From assembly GCA_002633005.1 (NCBI GenBank), contig NMRA01000339.1:392685-456684 (forward strand): a stretch of 64,000 nucleotides of DNA, read 5' to 3'. Of the stretch, positions 1-29,834 are shown one piece after another. Numbering within the stretch: the first letter of the stretch is position 1; each line of letters begins with the position of its first letter. This DNA comes from Phoronis australis. Its lineage: Eukaryota; Animalia; Phoronida. The translations under genes were made by a program, and so were the position numbers. The notes beneath the pieces are model-generated. The model searched no databases. It saw nothing but the letters and a program-made list of their open reading frames with translations, and was not told where the DNA came from.

Positions 1-30
1 ATGACGCAACCCCTGTTTATCACAACTCAC

Positions 31-17294
<17,264 letters not shown>

Positions 17295-17427
17295 CTTCGT
17301 TGACTTGACGTCACTTCCGATATGAAGGGGAATCCTTTGGCACATGACACCCATGTGACCTACTTAAGGAAGTTGTTTGACAACTGTCTCTGGGAGTTTT
17401 ATTTGCTTTGGTTTGAGGATTTTCGTA
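17295..17427. promoter_or_regulatory. Compact bidirectional promoter of PCCB and the S28 protease with an overlapping ETS-CRE site
   Basis: The two ATGs are 133 bp apart and divergent. TGACGTCACTTCCG at 17306-17319 is a CRE palindrome overlapping ETS CGGAAGTG. A YY1-like AAGATGGC overlaps the PCCB ATG. Confidence 0.7.
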
Positions 17428-20400
17428 ATGAAATTAACCTTTTTTAGTCTAGCTGTGTCTTTTCTATTGGCGACAACGGAAGCAGACCCATTACGGTTTC
17501 TCAGAGGAAGAAAACGAGGTGGAATGCTCGGTGCTCCAAAGCTTACGAAAAATGTCAAGCTCCCCGACGAAAAATGGGTCGTCCAACGACTAGATCATTT
17601 TGATCTGGCTAACAGTGCAACCTGGCAACAAGTGAGTTGTGTATCCATTTGACATTCGCGTCTTTTCTGTCTTTTACCTGTCATAATCTATAGAAGCAGC
17701 AAAATAAAACATGCTGTTGTCACTGACTATTTTTGAATAGTGTCCTTATAGCAGCTAATGATGTTTACTTACTGCTACATGTATGTTAATTGAAATGAAT
17801 GTTAAGTCCATGATAGCTGGTAGGTACCGGTAAGTAAGTTACTATAGAAAAATGACCCACGGTCTTGACTGGTAGAGATGGTGGCCATCTCATGGCCTTC
17901 GATCCTTACATCAGAAGCTTTTTGTCGAATTATGTGACACCTCGCACTGATCGAACCGTTCATATAAATACCAGCTTTTTCATGTGCACTGATTACGGCA
18001 TTTCCCAGTCGGTTACTCCCAACTTGTTCCATTCTATAGCCCAACAACAAATTGGGAAGTTGAACCTGTAGCCAATATCTTACACGACTGATTAACTCCA
18101 CTCTGGCATTTATGATTGGAGGGCCATGCAGGACTCTTTACATTATGGCGTTGTTGCTCCCAACTTGTTCGATTCTATAGGCTAGCTCAACAACAAGTTG
18201 GGAAGATCACTCCTGTAGCCAATATCTTACACTACTGATTTACTACATTCTGTCATTGATGGTTGGAGGGCCGGCTCTCTTTTGTTCCATAATTGCTCTA
18301 ATCTCCGATCAGATCGTATCTATGAAAGTTAAGTTTGAACATAAACTAATAGCATTTCTGAATTCCTTGCCAAATGCTGATCGTATTTAGTTTTTGAATC
18401 ACCAAAATTGCCCAATTACAACAGAAGTTAAGCAACGCATTCTGCCAGGTTCCGGCAGTAACCCTTTGAAGCCCAGTAGATAATTGGCCTGGAACTACCC
18501 TACGTACTAAAAATGATTTTGTTACAATCAGCCATTAACAGAATCAAGATGATTGATAAACATGCTACAATTTGTTGTGATGTAAAATGACCAATTTAAC
18601 CTCAATTTTTGTTTTAGCGATATTTTGTCAATGACACATTCTACAAACCTGGAGGTCCTGTCTTTCTGATGATTGGAGGAGAGGGCACAGCAAATCCTAT
18701 CTGGATGGTGGAAGGACAGTGGATCAAATATGCACAGACCTACAACGCAATGTGTTTGATGCTCGAACACAGATATTATGGCAAAAGTCACCCCACTAAG
18801 TACGATCATTTGTGTTCTCAATGGATTTTTCACAAGAATTCAATTGGAATATTTAATGGGAAACGGATTGGAATGGAAGGCTCTTTTTGTGATGTGGTAT
18901 TAAAGAATGCAGCTGCATGTAATCATTAAGAATGTCTCCATATTTCAACCTCTATATTCAACCCTTGTCTTCATAATTATGTTCAATGAAATGCTATTTT
19001 TGGGGTTGAAGGTGGTAATGCGTCTGCTATACTATTGACTTTTTGAAATTGACATGTAAGGTCAGTGAAAGTAGTTCTTCTTTTAGTTGGCTAGTGGAAA
19101 TGAACACCAGGTTTATGGTCCTCATGACGGGCCTGAGTATAGGACTAAAATTCAACTTGGTAAAAACCCAGTTACACTAACTGTGAACTGAAGCGCAAGT
19201 TTCAGTTACCCCATTCCCTGCCAACACAATAGAGAGCCAGCTGGCTGGGTTGCCAACAGTCAGGCACCTATAGTTTTGGTGATATAATGAAGTGTCATAA
19301 CGGATTACATAAGTGACAAAAGCCCAAGTGGCTGGACTGAATTCAATGGGAGATAAGTGTTTAGCATTAGCAAACTCCCCCTTCGGATGACCATCAAAAG
19401 ATGGTCAATTTTTACCTACATTGCATGGGTTTCTCATGCTACTTGAGGAGATGGTTGTTTTTTATAAATACTCACTATGGGTTTTGAATAGCCTGGCCTT
19501 TATTGCACTGTTCGCTTTTATTTTTCATTGTGACAACTGTCCTTTGATAGCTTAAATATAGTCCTGTCAATATTCAAAAATCTGATTACACTTAGTCAAA
19601 CTTGACAATGGGCATACGAGAATATGTCCTTTCTTCAGGAATGACATTTTGACACCCCAGTTCCAGGTATAGCCTTCTTGAAATATAGGATTTGATAGCC
19701 ACCTCTCGGTATTGTATGTCTTCTCCATTCAGCATTCCTTTGGGTCTTGGATCGTGTGCCGATAACACAACTCGTTTTTCGCTGTAGTTGTATTCATTCA
19801 ACGTTTAATATACTTTCAGAGATCTAAGCACAGAGAACCTCAAATACTTGAGTAGTGAACAAGCCTTGGAAGACCTGGCTTTCTTCCATGCCTTCGCAAC
19901 TAAAACCATGAGCCTGGAAGGTGCTAAGTGGGTGTCATTTGGGGGTTCATACCCTGGCTGTTTGGCTGCCTGGTCTCGCCTCAAATATCCCCATCTCATT
20001 CATGCTGCTGTGTCGACCAGTGGTCCTGTGCAGGCTCGCCTGGATTTCAAAGGTTTGCATCTCATGAAGACAACACATCGCATCTCTTCCCAAAATTTAC
20101 ATTCTTCGTTTTAAAGTGGTGGGCTGGACGTGAGAGCTAGGGCCTCTCAGCAAGTTACTTAACTCAGTTTTGAAAGGGATATGTGCCTTAATTTCTTCAT
20201 TGAGAAATTTGTCTGTTTGAATTTTTTGCCTTCACAGACTGCACATAGTCAAGGTCTGTCCTCAGAGATATTTTCTAGAAACGGACTACGCAAGAACTTT
20301 AATGTCTTGTTTCATAACTGGTCTTTACTGTGTGAATTTATTGACAAATCTCTTTACTCAGTTAGTGTGATATAAAGTCATGCTTTTTTTGAAAATTCTT

Positions 20401-23400
20401 GGTACATTGCAGTATCCAGCCATAGTTGGAGTATCTAACTATCTATTTTAATCAGCTCATTGAATTGTCATGATTTTGAAAGCTTATACTCAGAAAGTTA
20501 GTTAATTACCACATTTTTAAAAATGCAATACTTTAATATTAAGAGTTATTAATTTAAAATTAAGTAGTGACAGTGATTTGTTAATAATGTTGTCTAGTTT
20601 CTCTAGATGGTATTATTTACTTTTGTTACCTTTCTGTGCAGAATATTTAGGCGTGGTAAAAGACTCTCTTGATACCGCTGGACCTAAGTGCAACATGGCT
20701 ATAGGAAATGCAACGTCTGCCATAGAAAACATACTGAAAAATCCAACTGGAAGAACACTGCTTAAGAAATTGTTTAAGTGAGTTCACCATTTACTTGAAC
20801 ATGCAAATGCTTCTCCTTTCTGAAGTGTCTAGAAAAGCATTCCGAGTAATCTTTCATTTATTAATTTCATAATGCAGACTTTACAGACTTGGAAAGTTGA
20901 TTACAAAAACAAGAAATAGGTATTAACTGACTCATCAATATTACAACTCCAAGTGTTTTTACTCCAAGCTTAATGGCAAACAATGCTAACGACCCCCCAT
21001 TCAAAGCATCACAGCCCTAACTAAAGAGAGTCAAGATCTAAAAGTTGGCAGGATGATTCTTTTGGATTTAATGTGTTTTTGGTAACAGTTGAGCTTGACT
21101 TAATTAGTGGTGCATGGAACTTTTAAGTAATTAGATCAAGCTAAAGTCACAAACTTAAAGCTGACTTAAACAAAAATTATAAATGCCGTTAACGAGTTTC
21201 TTTTGGATTTTACATTTTGTTCTGTATGATTATCGTATAGAACTAAAACGAAAGGTTCCATGGCCATCCCAAATATTCTAAGACTGGTTTCAGCTCAAAG
21301 TGATGTGATTTTAAACAATTTTTGCCTGAGTCTGAATGTTTTCAATATTTTGAATCACCACCTAAAGTATCACTGATATTATTTTCCAGTCTCTGTGATG
21401 ACATTGATATATCAAATGCAAATGACATTGCAAATTTGTATCAAAATTTGGCTGGAAACTTCGAAGGTGTTGTACAGTACAACAAAGACAATCGTAAATT
21501 TGAAGGAGCAGTGGACACAAATCTCACCATTGACGTCTTGTGTGACATCATGACAAGGGATGACTCCAATTCATCACCACTTGAAAGATATGCTCAAGTG
21601 TCCAATCTTGTACTTAAGACTTATGGTGAAAAGTGTATGGACTTCAAATATGACAAGATGATTAAAGAACTACAGCAAGTTGATTGGGCAAGCAGTGCTG
21701 GTGAGGGAGGTCAGTAATCAATGGGTACCATCATTATTTTATTAAAGGCTACCATATGGGCAGTGTCCCCAAAAAGTACCTCTTAAGTGACCCAGGCCTT
21801 TTGGTAGACATTTGTAAGAATGTTTCAACAAACTTTCTCATGAAAAAAGGCCTGTGCATTCTACTGTAGTGTGTTTTTAAGGAATTTGACTTTGGGTGCC
21901 AAATGAAAGACCACCTTGGCTTCAGGGTATGATTTTAAGGAACTGTATCAGCACACTGCAAAATTCAAAGTTGGATGTGGGAAGAAACTCCTTGCTCAGC
22001 CAAATACATGGGTCCACTGATCAGCCTCAATGCTATTCAGAGCCACATTTTACATGGCTTTCCATCAGTTGGGATCATTACGGCGTTTTCCTGTTGCTCC
22101 TAACTTATTCGATTCTATAGCCCAACAACAAGTTGGGAAGTTTACCCCTGTAGCCAATATCTTACAGGACTCCATTCTGGCATTTATGGTCGGGGGGCCA
22201 GCTCTCTTTTGGTCGATAATTGCTCTAATCTGTCCAACAAGATCGTATATCTACCCTGACTCGGCTGTGCTGTTAAAAATAAAGGTCAAGTTATAACATA
22301 TTTGAACATAAACCAATAACATTTCTAAAATCTTCGTCAAATGGTGATCACGTTTAGTTTTTGAATCGCCAAAATCGCCCAACTGCAACCGAAGTTAGGA
22401 CAATCTATTGTTTCCGAATACAACAATTCACTCTGAGTTTGACTGTATTCACAGGTGGTCTGTAATAAGCCTGGTAGATAATTGGCCTGCTTGTTGTCAT
22501 AACAGACAAAAGAGTTTGCTTGGCAGTTAACAAAGAAAGCTAGATGTTATCACATGCTCAGAACCCCCTACTTGGGGCAAAGTCACTGAACGGGAAAACC
22601 CTGTCATGTGAAAACCAGAAGTGTCTGGGAGTACAGTTGAAAATATTCACATTTAAGTCATTATCAGGTCAGTGTTTAAATGCCCACATTTTAAACATTT
22701 TGCCATTGTGACTAGGCCAAAAGCAGACATCACAGCGAGCTTAAGGATACATTTTATGTGAAACCCGTTTTCAAAATGTGCTCAGGCCTTGGTTTTGGCT
22801 GGAGTATCATAACGAAATATTCACCTTAGGACTGATTTAGTGCTGTAAAGAATTCTCATAGACATTATTGTAAACTGTTTTGTGCTGGTCTCCAATATCT
22901 CTACCACTGATGAGCCTAATTGTTTGCTGGCGGAGGAGGCAGTGTGGCCTTGTGCTATACTGTAGGTTACAGCTTTCTTTACTCGCTGAGGTCAGGGGTT
23001 CGAGTCCCACTGGGCCACACTGCTAGGCCCTTGAGACAGCTCGGTTTTAACTCTATATTAATAAAGCATAAAAATGGTTCCAGCTGAGCAGTGCGGCAAT
23101 GGGTCCACATATGCGCTGCCTGTGCACCTCTTGTACAACATGTACCAGACCGCCTGCAATTATTTTCTAAGCTGTTTGTTAGGTTTTATTTTTTGGGTAA
23201 TCTTCCCAAAAATGAAGTCCACATTGACCCAGGGATTCCTGACCAAGGTAGTGCTAAGGGTGGTGCCGAACTGTCTTTCAATATACTAGTACTTGGCAGC
23301 TTTGACGTATCAGTCTCATGTGGGAAATGAAAGAAGTTACCGCTGGTTGGGGAGGGGGAAACTGTTCGGGAATGGGTTTTCATCACTGTGGTATCCGGTA

Positions 23401-26400
23401 GTTCCGGCCGGGGTTTTATTGGTTTTGACTGGGCACGGTGTCACATACACCTCTATCCACCTCTGGCTACAGTAATGTTGTTAAATTAAAAAAGTTTCTT
23501 TATTCGAAAATTGAGACTATGCTAAAACCTTTCTGATTTTGTGAGCCTGATAATTTTTCATAGTTTCAGCCCGACTGAAGTATTGGTAACTACAGTATAT
23601 CAGCGGGTCCATCAAGTGACCTAGTCATGCCACTTCTCCAATATAGTTTGCCACTTTCCTCCGAAGCTCATGATGTATAAGGTGCCCACACTTTTCCCAA
23701 AGCTAAGACAGGCCGATTTCCGAGGCACAGGTGCGTTTCAAGAGCCTTTCGTGACAACCTGTACTCCAGATCTAGTAACTCTACATGGTGCATACTTAGT
23801 GATACTGGCCACTAATTGTCATCGAGTGTTGTTCGGTGTTAGTGTGCTTTCATTTCCATTACAGTCCCAACGGATATATGTTGCCCCGGGATATGTGACG
23901 CCCCGAAATTTAAGCAGACCCGTTCTTTTTCATTGTGTACTTCTCGGACCACATATAAGTTTTGTCATAGTCACTGCACGTTTTCTTTATTGCCAGGCCG
24001 GCAGTGGACTTATCAGACGTGTACTGAGTTCGGCTTCTTCCAGTCTTCAGACTTGTCAGGACAACCTTTTGGACATCATTTTAATGTCTTGTAAGTAGTA
24101 ATTCAAGACGGGCCGAAGGCGGTCTCCAATCAAATTTAAATGGCACCAGCATAGAATGTTGGCTTCTTGTCTCAGTGCCTGCATTACACGTACTCTATAC
24201 CCGGTTAATATCCTTGTGAGCAGCGAGCATTATTGAGAATAACTTGAACAGAGCAATGAAATAAATGTGATTTCTGTGTTGTATATCCCTGTTACCAGCC
24301 AGCAGATACACCTTGGGAAGTAGCCGATATTATAGGCTCACATGTTGCGCACATCCCTCAGAGAGGAAAGTTTTAACCAGTTATCTATATATATATCCAC
24401 TACTTGGATTTGTCATTGTTATGGGCTAATGAGCAAGCAAGGTCCAGGTAGGCTACTCCGCTTCTAATTATGAGCAAACAGGTCAGCCACAGGTACCTGG
24501 GCGTAAAAGCGCCCAGCGATAATCATTCACAGCCATTTACAGAGTTAATAGAGCGTTGCGAGCAGGGTCATGAATGCAACAATTCTGTCTATCAACTATC
24601 ACATTGTAAAATAACATTACAAAAATTCGGCCTTTTCGGCAATTAAGGGTTCCATGCAGATGTAAGACAGAAAAAGTAACTGAAACCAGTGTCCAAATCA
24701 TAAATATCGGTTCACTATAATAAGGTTTACGCATGCCAAAATTAAATTGACTTCAGGTGCTTAACTGATAAGGAAAGTAATCCGTTTTCAATTATCTTTG
24801 TTGGATTACACTTGTGCTATAAACAACACAAGAGATAAGGAAAAGAGCTATCTGAACTCGCTTGATAACGTGTCGATCCAAGCGCTTCAATATAAATGAC
24901 AAATTCGTGTCGTGTTGTAAGCAAAACACGTGATCTCACGAGTTTCTTTTTAACCACATTATTGTGTCTACGAAATCACCTTACTATGGGACATTTAGTC
25001 CCGAGTCCAAACTGCTTAGGAAGCCGGTCACCATTGCTCATGCGGATGTATTAGGAGGCCTCTTATCATTTGTTTCCGGCTGTCTTAATACCAAAATATG
25101 CAGTTTCCAGCTGATCTCCAAAATGCACGATCAAACCACGACCTGAATATTGAAATTGTTGTAGCGTTAGATTTCCTTGCAGGGGTCGGTAATGTAGGTT
25201 CGCCACACTCGTGCAAATTTTCTTTCTGTGAACTCAATCTTAAAATTTTCCAATAACATATTTTTATCTGGCAGACAATGTTTTTCCTTTACTAACGGAA
25301 TCAATCTCATTTTCAGATATTTTGTCCAACAATGCGCAGACATCTTCGGCCCACATTTCACTGGCTGGTTGCTTAGTAGGGGCATTAATTCAACAAACAT
25401 TCACTACGGAGGGTTTGGATTGAAAGTGTCGCGAGTTTTTTTCATCAACGGATCCATCGACCCATGGCACGCTCTTGGCATACTATCAGACTTGTCTAAA
25501 GATTCGCCAGCAATTTTGATACAAGGTGAGCCGCTTAGACGTAATCTGAGGGTGTGTCGATTAGCTCATTCACACCAATAAATTGCTCTTTTAGACTCCA
25601 TGTGAAGATTTGTATTTTTTACATTTTAATCAAAATGATATAATGCTGCGACCATAGCTTCATAGTATTTAGAAAGATCTGCTTTACCATGTTAGGTCTG
25701 ATACACTTGACTTTATATCTCTTCCTTATAAGGTACTTTCAATGTACATGTAACTATACATGTACATGTACATCGGCGAGATGCCAAAACTAGTTGTTGG
25801 TTGTAGAACACTTACAGTTATGGAACTGTTGCTTAGCTAAATTAAAGGTGATTTCTTGACTCAAAAAGAATTACAGCCCTTAAAGCTTGAGAACAGGCTT
25901 AATAAGTTGGCAAGTCATGGCAGCTCATATTTTACGTTGAACATCAACTCGACATGGCAAATGACGTCATATGGAGGTCGCTAGGTATTGCAACTTGCAA
26001 CATCCATGGCACCGTATAGTTATCACCTATGGGACACTACCACTGTTTTCCTTTGTTGCGTCTGTTGGACAACAAAACAGTTGCATGGATATCGTATTTT
26101 GGGCGCACACCAGTTGGGTACCGATAATTGCTTGCCATTATAGCTGTTATAACAAGGAAAAACTAAGTGAACAGTGGATACGCCAATTTACCAATCTCTA
26201 TACTACCAGCCTGGGGCCTAAGTTTCCCGTGGTTCCTTTGGGCTCTGTCAAACAGTTTACTGTTATGGTCATTACATTTGTGTCACTATGCTCTGAAGAC
26301 AAGTCACATTACAAGACCGCATTTTACTCTCGTCTTTCAGGTACGGCGCATTGTGCCAACATGTACCCAGATTCCCCGGATGACTTGCCCGCTCTCAGAG

Positions 26401-26453
26401 AGGCGAGGGCTCGAATAGATAAGACCTTGGGGCAGTGGTTAGCGCAAGATTAG
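17428..26453 (+). CDS. Peptidase family S28 serine protease (PRSS16/K12H4.7-like), 496 aa, secreted or lysosomal
   Basis: Exons 17428-17631, 18618-18799, 19820-20052, 20642-20777, 21390-21709, 23997-24090, 25317-25525, 26341-26453 (1491 nt, all phases consistent). Signal peptide, [34 protein letters not shown], nucleophile [28 protein letters not shown] (Asp), GTAHCANM (His). AATAAA at 26519-26524. Confidence 0.94.
17990..18490. repeat. Dispersed intronic repeat with an internal duplication of about 110 bp; second copy at about 22075-22490
   Basis: Unit CTCCCAACTTGTTCGATTCTATAGC...TAGCCAATATCTTACA...GGAGGGCC occurs at about 18016, 18156 and 22096. The downstream 250 bp is also shared, ending GTAGATAATTGGCCTG. 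Confidence 0.75.
22930..23060 (+). mobile_element. Degenerate tRNA-derived SINE head
   Basis: A-box-like TGGCCTTGTG, B-box GGTTCGAGTCCC, an 11-bp closing stem GCAGTGTGGCC/GGCCACACTGC, then a CCCTTGAG...TTAAC SINE-body-like tract. No intact cloverleaf. Confidence 0.5.
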
Positions 26454-27557
26454 CCTATTGACTCAGCTTATAGTAACTTACTTCCAGTTGGTGGGCACCT
26501 CCTCTACTGGACAAACGTAATAAAGCAAGAGGACATCGAAAATTGGCTACTAATACTCAAAGAGATTGGTTTAAATTAAACTTTCCGTACATTTCAAAGG
26601 AGTGCTTTAAGTAAGGATTGTCTGCGATAATGTTATTAAATATCTGTGTTGCTTATTGAATTGAAAGTTCAGGATACAGTACTGAGGGCTACCCTGAAAT
26701 ACCCCAATTTTTACTCAGGATTTTAAGGACTTTTGTGTCTTAATAAAAACATGCTATTTATTTAATTTCTGCATCTTTACTTAATATGAACGGGAATGCA
26801 GTAAGCCCCGAAAGCAGCATGCCGTTGACTTTTGTTTTCTTTGGCCGTCGCTGCGGAGGCTGTCGTCGCCCTACCCCTTTACCAATCCAAACCCGTCTGT
26901 AGTAAATGAGTGCCTTATACTCCACGACACACTAATGTGACTTCGACAGGTTTCGCACACTGGTCGGTGACACCACTGGACCACACACTGGGTGTTTTGT
27001 GAATAAAATTTATTAGGTTTTTACTTGACCTACATGTATGCCTGCGTTGGAATATGCGGCGGGAAATCTTGGTTGACGGAAGAAGGAAATAACGGACGCT
27101 CATGTATTTACTTACTGCTTTCTCGCTGTTTAACATTCCAGCTCACCGAACAATCTGTGGCTGCTGTGTTGCTGCCGTGGTTTATTAGCGAAGCACTTCT
27201 CGCCTTCCACGCGATGCGTACGTGATCGATCTGGCCAACCTCGAATTTCGCGTGCGGCTTCAGGGTTTCGCTGATACATGATGTGAAAATAGTGGTTACA
27301 CTATTGGATGTAACATCTTGACTTATGATTTTTGAAAATAAAACTCAAATATTCGTTGTACCAAAGCCGGTGACTTAGCCAGTTACAGACGATTAAAATA
27401 CTGATTGCCATTTATCTAGTTGGGTTCATTTGCAGCACTGATCTACCAGAGCGTTAGATCGAGCCGCGGGGTTGCCGGGGCCGGTTCCCGAGCTGAGTGA
27501 TCTCAGAAAATCAGTCGCACTCAATCCACTCGTGATCGATGAATGGCGCTGATTTAA

Positions 27558-28892
27558 AGGCGAAGGCAACCTTTTTTCATGTCATTTTTAGCAAAAGTAA
27601 GGTTCGTTGATTATCCCAAACATATTTTTCACTTATTTACTGCATTTCGTAATTTACTCGTCGTCTACTCCGGAAGTGACTGTTTGGGAGGCAAGAATTT
27701 CGCGTCAATTTCTTTTCATATAGTCTGACTGTGAGAGCAGTCGAGTCAGTCATTGTTCTACCTCGGTTGTGATAATTTCGGTCGCCGTTTGCTTTTGCTT
27801 ACGAGTCAGTCAACATGCCACGCTGTTGCTGCGTACTGGGGTGTACTCGTTACCGTCTCACGTATAGAGGAAGAACTGTCCTACTTGCCCGAGTGTCCCG
27901 CGACACACTCCCACTGGAAGGTGATCTGAGCACCCAAACTGCTTACATCCCGCCGTATGACTCCCTCGCCACACACCTGGCACCTTCCAAATAGCTCCAA
28001 TACAAGTCCACAATAAACTTATCGAACTTAGGCTCACCGATCTGTTTATTGGATGACAAACTGTCCTCTTCACTGGGTGTCAAACTGGGCCTGTATTCAC
28101 TCCCACTACTCAACATCGCTGCAGGGCTGCTTACAGGCTCTGGGGTAGAGACAACAGCACTGGGCGAATCACTGCTAGTTCCCGGAATTGCACGCAATGG
28201 GGTACGTTCGGAGGCACGGGTGACAGTAGATGAAGTGCCTCCAGTCACTGTATATAATGGCCACAGCTCGCGAGGCTTCTCGCTTCAAAAACGCACTTCT
28301 CGGGGTTGGCGATGGGGCGCTGCCGGGAATCAACAGCGACGGTATGGTACCCTTCTTCAGGCGTTAATTGTTTCGCAGGGACCTTCATCAATTCAGCGTA
28401 CATACCTAAGTGTCATAATCTGACGGCAGAAAATGCTTGCCACACACTCGGTAACCCTCCATTACTTTGTACGTTGCGTGGACGGGTAGCGCTGCGTTCT
28501 TCACATGAACGAGCTAGCCAAGTACGGCGAAGTGTGCCATCCGTCGGAAAGCGACGCAAGGTACCCAAAGCGCGTGTGAGACGATAATGAGTACATCCCG
28601 GCACGCAGCAACAGCGTACGTGGCATGTTGACTGACTTGTAAACAAAACCAAACGACGACCGAACTTATCACAAACGAGGTAGAACAATGACTGACTCGA
28701 CAGCTCTCACAGTCAGACTATAATGAAAAGAAATTGGCGCGAAACTCTTGCCTCCCAAAACGTCACTTCCGGAGTAGAGGACGAGAAATTAATCAAATTA
28801 CGAAGAGCTGTAATTAAGTGAAAAATATGTCTGCGATAATCAACGAACCTTATTTTTGCTAAAAATGACATGAAAAAAGGTCGCCTTAGCCT
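27558..28892 (-). mobile_element. Non-autonomous Kolobok-like DNA transposon, copy 1 (TTAA TSD, about 305-bp TIRs, frameshifted THAP remnant)
   Basis: TTAA|AGGCGAAGGCAACC ... GGTCGCCTTAGCCT|TTAA. The empty site with a single TTAA is at about 53842 in the paralogous block. Minus-strand THAP remnant CCVPGC...RFP...W...VCGKHF...LKKGTIP, followed by KFIVD and CxxC...WEC..GH..KWDS. Confidence 0.85.
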
Positions 28893-29693
28893 TTAAGCCT
28901 GGCAACTGGTACTGTACATGTACCCGATCTTAATTTCAACGAATACATGTACTGTTCAGCAGACACTGAGCTGGTGATTTGTTATAAAAACAATAGAATT
29001 TGTCCGTTTCAGAGACAATGAGCTCAAAGACGTTTATTCCATCCAAAGATTAATCACCCAAAATGCGTTTCTCAGCTATAAAACCTGGCAGGTAGAGGCC
29101 CCCGACGTCCGAAAGCGCTCAGAGGGACTGAGGTGACTGCGTACTGGATCTGCGCACGGCTGTTACCTTGTAGACACAATGCTCACCAATATGTAGTGTA
29201 TGATGACGATATTTTAAGAAAACTCAGAGGGTCGCAAAATTGGTGAATTTTTTTCCATCAATAAGATTAAACTATTGTTGATTATTTCAAGTTTTGGCTG
29301 CTCATGCCAAATGACGTCGCATTGAGGTCGCAAGGTATTGTTTAACTTGCAACATCCGTACCTCTTGCGTAAGTGCTTTGATGAGTCAGTTTGTGACAAG
29401 TCACTGACTTCTTTGCCGTCCTTGGAAAGATTCTGTGAAACCTGCAAAGTAAAAAGGTATCATTGAGCAGGGGTGTTGTGCAGTAGCGACGTCAATCCTT
29501 TTGAATGATGGCTCAGTGTTCAGTTGATGTTATCAGCTGCCACGCTCGAAATTCTACTCGACTAAAATTGATGAACTGCGTGGCACGCTTCGTGTAAACT
29601 TGCAATTTTGTACTCGAATCTCTAGGCATGCGACGCGCATGGTTACGCGATCTTTCCAGAGCACAGTGAAAAGGTCATCATATAAATATAGAT

Positions 29694-29834
29694 TATTACA
29701 TGGCGATGTCGTTATCCCCCGTTATCTAGAGCCCCAGTAGATTTTGGATAATACATGTACGCCCCGAGGGTGATAATTCTACAAAATCCATGAGGGCTTT
29801 AGATAAGGGGGATAACGACTGAAAACATGTAATA
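29694..29834. repeat. About 140-bp imperfect hairpin, probable terminus of a non-autonomous element
   Basis: TATTACATG..GTCGTTATCCCCCGTTATCTAGAGCCC pairs with GGGCTTTAGATAAGGGGGATAACGAC..CATGTAATA. Confidence 0.75.
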
